This document shows, one piece after another, positions 28,553 to 40,100 of a DNA stretch of 64,000 nt. Location of the stretch: positions 128,975,852 through 129,039,851 of the forward strand of contig NC_068982.1 of NCBI RefSeq assembly GCF_001194135.2, read 5' to 3'. The notes under the pieces were generated by a model that ran no database searches, was not told the origin of the DNA, and saw only the letters and a list, made by a program, of their open reading frames with translations. A program made the translations under genes and the position numbers. The stretch's first letter is position 1; every line of letters starts with the position of its first letter. This DNA comes from Octopus bimaculoides (Eukaryota).

Positions 28553-31500
28553 TCCAAACCAACAAACGAAATATATATACAATTAGTTTTGGAAAATGTT
28601 ATGGTCATCATAAACACAAATAAAACTATGTTATTTCATATTTTTTTCACATAAACATGCAAATTTGGTTTCTATAAATGTAAACCGAATTTTATTAGAA
28701 AAAATTTAAAAGACAATGAGATAAAAAAAATCATTGGGAAAAGCCACACATAAAAGAAGCAGTCAATGAAAATGAGAGATCAACATGACTTCCTAAAGCA
28801 GGTTGTGAAAGATAGAAGTCTTGAAAGGAAAAAACTATCTACTTTAATGGGAAGAGTACAGTATTATTTAGTAGGTAAGTTTTCTAAATATATATACTAC
28901 AGTGAACTAAATAATGCATTACAAAACATGTTACAATTCAATAAGTATACTTTGATATAATAAATCTACTGTTATATAACAAAATATCAATTCAAGCATT
29001 CCATATGTTACAATTAATATTTGTTATTTCTAGCAATTTAGATGTTATAAAAAAAAATAATAGACAATTTATAAGAGAAATATTATGACTAATAAAAAGT
29101 CAATATAAACTAAACAGTATTCATTCCAGGGTGTAAAAAATGTCAGTTCTAATGCTGAAATGTTGCATATAGGGAATATATTACCATATTCTGTTTATTC
29201 AAATTTGAACATTTGATGTTTTCAAGAAGTCTACTTTTTGATAAACAGAATGCAATTATTGATGCAACTTTGCATTAAACTAATAATATTAAAAGGATGG
29301 AATAAAGTTATGGTTATGGATTTGGAGGGAAACCTGCTTAAGGGATGAAAGTAGCATGTTTCAACAAGATGGATTTGTTTAATGTTAATTAAGGATCATA
29401 CAAAATATTTTTCAGCATGAATAGCACTAACATCTAGATCCATCACAATATGAAACAAACCTCATTATATCCACTTGATCAACAATTTTGAGCACAGCGC
29501 TTCCTATCTCAGAAGCATAGCTAATCTGTTGTACTGGTCCTTCTTCCTGAATTTCATAGCTGTTGTTGGAAGAAAGATATTTGCTATCATAAATAATTAC
29601 ATTCTCAACTAAATAATGTTTAATATTAAACATGCTTTCCATTGATTAGATGATATTTTTATTGTGATTTGAAGAACTACTTCTACTACTCCATTTTGAA
29701 AAGTTATGAAACAATTTTTTAATAAAAGAATAATAATATTGTGACTAAATGAATAGAACCATTTATAAAAAGATTAACAGTTTAATTGTGCTTTTGTAAT
29801 ATCATGTGCAAAAGTAAAATATGTATATAAATGAGAAAAACAAACAGATTATGAAATGGACATAATGTATTTATTATAAATAAAAGTAATCTACAAAGTA
29901 TGAATAATGAATTATTATAAATTAGATTCCTTAATGATTTACACTCAAACCATCAATATCTAAATGTTGACAAAATATTTTTATATTGTTTTGTAACTAC
30001 ATCAACATGCATGTGTAATAAACTGCTTATGAACCTTGGTGGTGAATCTCCACGTGGCAATGTTGATTCAGCTGGAACTGGAACTGGAACAGGAACAGGA
30101 GCTTTAACAGGTTTCACTTTTTTGTCGGGTGAAATTAATTTCTCCTGAACTGGTGCAGGTTTTGGTACAGGTTTTGGTATGAATTCTGGTTTAGGTTGTA
30201 CTCTTGGAAGTGTTGCTGGTGGAGGCAGTGGTTTGCCAGATTGATCAAAAATCAACTTCGCCTCTGCTACAGATGGAGGTTTGAATGCTGGTTCGTCTTC
30301 AGTAGGCTGACCGTCAACTGGTGTTTCAGTTGTTGGTGCTGGTGCACAAACAACCATTTCATCTATAGGAGCTGGAATCTCCTCACTGTGAAATACGATA
30401 GACATTTTTTAAAATGCATTTTATTGTTTTATTAACAATATTTTCATTAAAATAACAACTAATCATTTTTCATTTCAAAATAAATAGAATAATTTAAACT
30501 TAATATTAAAGTAACTTTGAAAATAAAATATAACCTTAGAGATAATCTTAAAGCATTTTTAGTGCTCACCTAAATAGAATAATTGTAAAGAAGCTCTAAC
30601 ATATATACACATGTAATTTAAAATAATATATAGTATAGAGTCACAAAGTTGGCCAATTATTGTAATAACATATAATAGCATTCTGCTATGTTTTGTTATC
30701 ACAATCTTATGGTAATTACTTGGCATAAATAGTGACAGTCTTGGTCAAAATTATTGTTTTACAAGTCAATAAATTTATTTTTGTCTGTGGTTGGCTAATT
30801 CCCAAAATAAACATATTCTAACTGATTTGTGGCTAGCCAATAAATACTATATCATTAAGGTAATAGAACATATTAATTAGAACTATCAAAAGTTACTTTA
30901 TAATTAAAAAATATTTTTTAGATATAAAACAATGCATGCATTCTAAAGTTTCAGAATAAAATCATTCATGCTGTAAGTCAAACTTATTCACCTTTTTTTG
31001 ATCATTAGTAATAATTAAATTGTTTTAGCTACTCATTTACAATTGTCAAATGAAAATTATGCTATATTTTACTGTGTTTGTTAGATAAGTAAAATATAAT
31101 TAAACATTTGTTTTTATTTTTCTATAACATAAAGTTTCAGCTACTAAGATATTTTTCAAGGACTCCACTAGGACTACTAGTAAACTATTTTCTTACATAG
31201 AATACAAAATTACTTCTTATCTTAGGAAACATGAAAAACAAAATAAGTTACAATTGTTATTATGTAAGACTTTGATATGAGATAAACATGAAAAACTTCT
31301 TGAAAAAAACTACCTTTTTATTAATTACATTCACCTGAAGCTAAATATTCCTCACTGGCTAGACCATTCTTGTTGCATCATACCTTAAGTCATTAAGAAT
31401 GTTTAATCTACTAAACATTTATGTACATGTGCAATATACATTATTCTATTAATGTATACTATTAAGAATGACTTAATTCAACCTTCATTTGAAAATAAAA

Positions 31501-34500
31501 TCAATACCATTCATATGAGGCAAGCAATAGTTTTCAATTTGTGAAGTGGTTATAATTAAACTATGAAAAATATTGACTAATTTCAGGTATCAAGGCTGAC
31601 AACAGAATATTTTAATTTTCAAATATTTTTCTTTGGCTATAAATGTGTTCTACTCTTTTTGCATAATTCTAAGTTCCTTGACTACTGGAAATAAGGTTAA
31701 CCAATTATCATGCTGATAAAACCTATTGAAGCAGAAACATGTGTCCATAATTGTCCTTTTATCTCCACACAATAAGCCTGTCCTTTTCATTAATGGCATA
31801 TTAACTTTAAACAATTCTTAATTCTTGAGATTAGCATGTATTCTTATATGGAATTGGTTTTAAATAACTTTTGGTAATTATGACACATCCTCAATAGGAT
31901 AATTCTAATAAATCAAGAATTTATATTGTATGGTATTTAGTATGCCTGTATTGTCTATGTCATGTTAAATGTATAGTTGGAGACAATAATCAACACATAA
32001 GTTATATGAAGCGAATTACTTTCAAAGAGAGTTTCACATATAGTATTGAATTTTTTAATTATTAAAGACTTTCTAGGGTATGTTCCACAGTTAAGTGATT
32101 AATGATACAGAGAAATGTGTTCAATCACCTCTATTGATTGTTTTTCTTGATAAATCTTCAGTCCCCCAATTACAACAAATCAGAAAAATATGAAAATCCA
32201 GCAATGCTTTGCTAATCTTTACATATGTACAGCAAATAGCTTTGAATCTAAAATATGTCACACTGAAACAATTGACTAAATTGGTTTTAGTATGATGTCC
32301 CAAATGTTGCAAAACATTATCATTTGTTCTAGTAACATTTTGGTAACATGGGTAAATAAAGAAAACAAAGGCTAGAAACAAATATAAAGGGCTATTGGTA
32401 TATATTAGCTGGTACATAAATGATGTGCAACACAATTAATATGTAAAAACCATAAAAGAATCACAAATAAACAAATCATCAACGAGTTTTATAAAAAAAA
32501 TAACTAAACTAAATTTTAAACTGTTGGTACTAAAGCTGATTAATAATTAAATAAGCTTCTGAACAAAACTTTAAAGCTTTTCTCATTAAACTTCTATAAA
32601 AAAAGAAGACTTTCAAACTCTAGAAAGTATTAGTACAAAGTTTAAATTAGTTTGAGTTTTAAATAGTTAGCATTTTTAAATCAATGGACTATTTCAGATG
32701 GTAAAATTACTTTAGCATACTACTTCTAAGTCCATCTTTATGTCAAATAACAAAAGTTCTCTAAATGTACAGGTTTAGAAATATAACAACTTTTATAAAA
32801 TTTTAGTAAATATCAGTGAAATAAGACAATATATGGAAAAAGTAAAAAATTAATATATTTTGTTAATTTATTTGAGATGTTTCTATTATCCTAAAAATTA
32901 AAGATTTTAAAATGTTCTTACATACTTTGTAAGAGTTTTAATTTAATTAGAATTAATATTATGTGTGTGTCACACACACCTAATTAGAGTATACTATGAC
33001 ACTAAATTAATGAGAGTTAGTGTCACCAGTCTTTAGATGTTGTAAATTGAATGTAAATTAGATATTTCTTTTACTTCACCATAGAATGAATATTTGCCAC
33101 AGTCTGCTACATAAATTATATTTAGCAATTTTCAGATTTCATCCAGATTTCTGTCAGTCTCTACAATTTGATGCCAACATATTCAAAATTTCTCACATCT
33201 GAAAGTGCACATAAACTATATCTAAATCAGTGTAATTTTACACTCACGTTTCCATGCCTGCATGGGTTAGATAAGTCAGTTCTTATTTGGAGTTACTAAG
33301 TCCACCACCACTACCACCACCCCACTGATGGACCATGGACCATGTCTCACTCGTAAATTTTATAAATCAATATCAAATATTAAAACATTAAGCAAAAACA
33401 ATATTGTGGGAACATAATTCCATTAACGGTTTTAAAGAATGTCATGGAATAAAGAATTTCACAATATTTGAAAAGCACTTATTGAATTATCAATCTGTAA
33501 CTAAAATTATATAGTAACAGAATTCACATTTCAAATTTTTTGTTAATTTAACTATTAAATAGTTAAATCAATGATAACTGAATTATGTTAAGTGGCTGCA
33601 TGTAGATATGAAAATATATGAGTTAGTAGCCACTAACTCATATATTTTCATATCTACATGCAGCCTAACAATAATTTAGATACATAAGCCCAATAATAAT
33701 TTCAAGAATCTGCTTCACATATCATTTATCTGTTATGGATTCATTTATAAGAAGAGAAAGGAGGAAAAAATAAGAAATCCTATTTTCCTCTTTAATCAAT
33801 TATTTGTTTTTTTTTTGGGTTTTTTTTTTTGAAGCTACAAAGAATGTGTAGAATTTGAAAGAATGTGTTTGGAAAATTTTAAATAAGAAATTTAAATTAC
33901 TTTCTATGCAATTAGTGCAAGTAATTAAAAAGTGTTTCATTGCCAAACAAATCCTATTTATATTATATACTTTAACTGTTAGTTTATAATGTGGTAAAAC
34001 AAAAAGAGTAACAAACAAATGAGCTGAAATAGTTAAACTAACACAAGAAAACAACAGTTTAAACTAAAACAAAAACAAAACTGTCAAGCATAAAAACATG
34101 AAGAAATAAGATAAAATAAAAGCATGAAGATATAAAATTCAAGAAAACAAAACGATTTAAAATCTATTTAATAAGAATTAGCTGATTAAAAAAGATTACT
34201 AAATAAAATGACTCAGATGGAACTTCTTTCTGAATTAAAAAATGTGGTCATGTAAAACCTCTTATAAATGAAAATCTTTCTTTAGTGGTTGGATGGAATT
34301 TTAAATAGAACAGAATTATCAGAGGATATGTTTGCACTGCTTTAATCAATATATGTGTTATTATATTCTGTTCTCTGAATAGAATTGTAATTCTATTTTT
34401 CTTTGATGATTCCATGAGTCATTTTATTTACTCAGAACAAATAACACCAAACAAAATATTTTGTTTAAAACTGAACACAACATTCCCAACTAAAGATTCA

Positions 34501-37116
34501 GTTCGAACCTTCTGAGAGGATCTTCTCTCAAAAGTCGCAGAGTTGCACTGTCATGTTCTGTTGCATAAGATATTTGTTGAACAGGACCAATTGGTTGAAT
34601 TTCATATTTGCTAAATGGAAAAATATTAATAATTAACTTTCACTGCAATATATTCTACTTTCAATGCTCTCAAATAATAAGATTTACAATGAAAGTCATT
34701 CCTGATTACAAAACACAAAGCAATATTTTTTAATTATTATTTCTATGATATATTTAAAGAAAATTTCATAGAAAATGCTAAGCAGACTATATGATAATTA
34801 CCTACAACTTTTAATTGATGAAACAACAATAATCTGGTAACTGATCATTTCTTTCACATTAATGGCAAAGATGGAAATATTAAAGAAATATAAGTTGATA
34901 ATTTAAGCACTATTACCAGACGACAATTACAGTAAAAAAAACTAGAAAGTGTTGAGAAATCAAAAGGAAAATAAATCAAATCTATTTAATTTCACTTATA
35001 TATTACTCAGCAAGGAAATATTTCCGTCATAATCTGAATTAGAACATAATGTAATTGAAAAAGACAGAAATTTTTCCTGTAACTAAAAAGTAAACAATCC
35101 CAAACAAAATTGCATGGTATTGTTAAATAACATGAGTTTTATTTAAATTGAAGATCATAAGCTAAATTACATAAGGAAACAATCCTCCAAAACATCAAAA
35201 AATAACAAACAGAAAATATAGCAATGCTGATAATGATACTAATAACTGCCTTATTGTGAATTCAGAGTTTTGTTTTAAAATTCTTTTTGGTTAATAATGT
35301 TGCTGAAGGTAAGGAAAAGAAATATAGCTCTCGTCATATCTACATATAGCTAAATATAGAAATAAACAAAACAAAACCTTTACATAATTATTAATGAAAT
35401 AACAATATTTGTATTCAAATCCCTTATGCAGCCTCTGAGGTTCTGAAGTACCATGTTATTTGCTTATATAATTTCCAAAAGTATTTATAATAAAATAATA
35501 TAGAGAATAGTAACTTACGGAGAAGTACTCCTTCTAACTCCAAACATTGGTGCTTCTGGAGTTGTAATTGGTTGTTGTGGACCTTTTCCTAAAAAAAATG
35601 TGACAAAGTTTTAATGAAAGACAAAAATATGACATTAACTGGATAAAATGTGTAAAACAATATGCATTAAACAAATGTAGTGTCAGTGTTAGTATAAGTT
35701 AATTAACTATATAAAATTAATGTAGTAATGTTAAGCTACCTTAATAATGGATAATTTAAATTTTTTAACACACAATCATGGAATTTAACAAACATTTTGG
35801 AATTCAAAATTTAAAAAGATACTGTGAAATAATATTTAATGTAATTTATATAAATCAAACTTGTTACTGATGTGAAGGAATTCATAATTATCCTAGAAAG
35901 AGACCCAAACAATGGACTAAACTAATTATTGTATTATGAGAAAGACTTGTGATCACAGAGTTGTTCATCAGAAGTAACAAACTTGGCTCTATTTTGTCAT
36001 TTTTTTTGTATTGTCTGCATTATTGGTTAAGTGTTATTAGTTCAGAAGGTTTAAAAATTTCTTTAATTCTATCTCAAGACAATCTGGACAAATAAACATT
36101 GTGGCATCAGAAAGGTACCAAAACTATCTATGAATGTACTACTTATGAAAATTGTTACGGTCTTGCAAACACAATACATAAAACCTACCAATGAAGTTTT
36201 TACACATTATTATTTTATAATTAACACAATAGTAACAGATTGAAGAGTCTTTAGAGTATCTGTAACCATAAAAGCTTATAGTTTGTGACTGCAGTTCAAT
36301 ACTGAGAAGAGTTAATTTGAGATGCCCGTCTCAATAGCCTGGGGTTATTGATCTGGCTACATGTATTGGAAAACCAGGTTTAGATTTGTCAACCATGTTT
36401 GATTAGGCAAGAACTTTTGATTCAGTTCACAGAAATTAAGAGTTGTACAACAGGCTGTAGTTAACCCATCAAATTGGAGGTTTACCTCATGTAAAAGTAT
36501 ACACCCTATTTTAGTGATAGAAGCATTCAATGAAAAATGTTTTTTTATAGGTTTTTTCATTATGTTCATGTTCATTACCTTGTCAGCAAATATTTGGCAT
36601 CAACAAAAACTACCCCAAGAACATTATCTCAAAATAATAATGGAAATAATGGGTTGACTGACTAAAGAAAATGTTGGTGCTAACTTCAGAGAAGATGAAG
36701 CAAATACTCTTTTGAATCACTTTGTCCATGTATGAAATTATATATACATTTGTAAAATGTTTTACTATTAGAACTTTTGCAAAAATATCATATAAAAGAA
36801 AATTAGCAAGTAACAAGTTATAATAGATTACCAATAACATTGAGTCTAGCTCGTGTAAGGGCAGATCCAGCAACGTTGACAGCAGAACATTGAAACCAAG
36901 CTGAGTCAGCTGGTGTGGCATTTTTAATGGTCAATGTAGAACGGCCATTTTCAGTAGATATACTGTGGATTAAAGAGGCAAAAATTTTTTGAATTTGAAT
37001 ATGATGTTTCCAGATTATTAAAACTTAAGTTGTTAGATACTGTTACATAAACTACTTCTGAGTAAATTTAATTACAATTTGATATAACTATATGTCTTCT
37101 CTCTCTTTCATAAACA

Positions 37117-37176
<60 letters not shown>

Positions 37177-40100
37177 CAAACACATTTCTAGATGATCATT
37201 CATTTTAGAATTAAACATAACATAGAGTATACTGTAAAATATTTTGAGAAAATATGAAACAATTTGAATAACATAACTTGAAGAAACATTTCGACAAACT
37301 TTTCTTTTTTTCTTTTCAAATTAATTACAAAACAATAGCTATCATCCTTAATGTAAACTGATTCAAATATCAACATGGTGTGTTAAATTTGCTAAAGTAG
37401 TGTACACTAGTAAAAATAACATTTTACATCTATATTGTTTTGGAATGTTTGTTTTTTTTTTTTTTCTTAAATCAAAATTGGAGAAAGGTTTAAAGAAAGT
37501 ACTTACTCATAATCTTTAGAGGAAAGCATCCTGGCATCTTTTTGCCAACTCATCATTGGCAATGGGCAACCAACTGCAGTACAAGTCAAAGTGACAGTTT
37601 GATTTTCTTTAGCATTATAATTTTGAAGACGTTCAACAAAATGTGGTGGATGTATTTCTTGTCGTTCTGTAATTTTAAAAAAGAAATGTTTTGATTATCT
37701 CATGCTAGAACGTAGCATATCAAAAATATGAAAATGAAATTTCATAAAAATACAGACAACACTAAATATTTGTGCTACAGGCAACTATAAACTCTTCTAT
37801 ACAAAATATAAAGCTAAAATTATTACAAAAGCGACAGTAATTCTCTAATTCTCTAATAAATGTTGATAAAAATTTTCTTGTACTGTAATGACATTGCAGA
37901 TTTTTTTTAAATACCTTATTAGTGCAAGCTGTAACTGAGAAACTTGACAAAAGATCTTTAATCCAAGAAATGAGACAGATAAAGTTAATAAATGGCAATT
38001 AAGAGAAAGATATCTTTTGCTTTCCTGATAGTCGACACACTAATTGAAAACTTAACACTAATCCATGGTAGTTGTCACCTGTACATATAACATGTAAATG
38101 AGGTAAAGACCCCCTTCGGTCATGAACGACCATGAGATTGCACCTAGAAAGTTATCCTCTGAAGCACAAGTCTGGGCAAGGTTGTTTATGGAAGACCAGC
38201 AGTCACCCTTACATACCAGCCTTCCTTCTCCACACCACCAATATTGTCCAAGGTAAAGGCTGATACAGCTTGACACTAGTAACATTGCAACTCATTTCTA
38301 CAGCTGAGTGAACTGGAGCAATGTGAAATAAAGTGTCTTGCTCAAGAACACAACACACGGCCCAGTCCAGGAATTAAACTCACTACTTCATAATTGTGAG
38401 CCTGATGCTCTAACCACTGAGCCATGCACCTTAACTTGCATGTTATATTTTGTTTTTAAGGTTAAAATATCAAATGTTCAAGCTTTATTAACATACCCAT
38501 AACATTTAATGTTACGAAGAACACTGCTTCACCAGCTTTGTTTCGAGCAACACATCTATATTGTCCATGATCTTGTCTTGTGGCAGAAAGAATTATCAAG
38601 GAATGTATTCCATTTTCATTCACAACCACCTGAAGAAATAGTGAATAATTTACAGATTATAATCAAAGGAAAAAAATGATAACAATGGACATGTTTCATT
38701 AGAATATGAATGAATTGATTATGACACAGAAATTAATCTCAATACAAATTTTGTTCTAGAGTAATTTTAAGGCAATGAATTTGAATAGACATCGTTATAA
38801 AATGATTAAAACTTCAGATAGATTAAAATATTTATTTTACAAACGCCTTCAACAATTGTTTTAGAATTAAGCACAGTGGTTATTTAAGTTCAGTGAAAAC
38901 ATCTTACCTTGTGGTAGTCATCACTACGCATTTCTATTTCATTTTTGTACCAACTAATTTCAGGATACGGTCGTCCAGTCACAAGGCAATCAAATCTTAC
39001 AGTTTGACCATCACGGGCTTCTTGGTTTTCTGGTATAACTTGGAAGGCGGGCTTTGAAGCTTTTTCAAAAACTCCACCGCCACCAGCACTTTGATTAATT
39101 TTATCTTGGTCTCTATCAAAGAAAAAATAATAATTATAATTTAAAGACAAAAATTATAAAATTGATGGGAGTTTTATTAGCTTGTAGTGTTTGAGTTATG
39201 GAAAGTAGATGAGGTGAATGTTTGGCTAGCAGCACATTTCAAAGGGATATGCAAGTTCTAAAGAACTTTTAATAGGTAAATTAAGAAAGGGATAAATTTA
39301 TTAAATTTACTGTCTATGGATTATTTAATTGGATCAATTACTTTCAACAAAAATAAAATTAACTGTTGCTTTAATGGGTTAAATTAAAATATAACAGTGC
39401 AAATAAAATAATTTTATGATTTTTGTTCAAATCAGGTAAAAATGTAATATTTGTCACTTGCTTTCAAACAAAAATATAATTAACTTTGAAAAGTTATATT
39501 AAGATATAAAAGAACTAATATAATAATTTTGTGATTTTTTTTTATATAATCCATTAAAATATCATATCATTTTATACCTTTTGAGCATTCGTTCTAGTGT
39601 TTCTGGTTCAACAAATGAAGTGGCATCAATAGTTCCTACAGAATCTACATAGAGTTCTGCAGAACATGTGTCCCTTCCTGTTGAGTTCACTGCAAGCACT
39701 GTATAGTGGCCAGCATCTTCTGGTATGGCAAGTCGAATTTTTAGAGTACAGTAACCATCATGAGTATATTTCATGTCACAACGTCCTGAACGCTTCATTC
39801 TTACACCATTTTTGTACCAAGCAATCTAGATAGAAATATAGAAAAAAATTATATCATTGTTGTCTCTTTATAAAACACCAACAAACAAGATTTGTAGCTT
39901 TGTTGTACAATGGAAACAGTTTCATTTGTTATACTTATGATCAGTGGAAAGGGATTAATTCTAAAATGTTTTTTCCACTTCTCAGTAACTCTAATAATTT
40001 ATGCATAATTGAGAAACTCGTTATTGTCAATATTACACAATTACAGCAAGAAACTTAAGAATCTGATTCAGTGAATGACTATTATATTCAACAATACATT

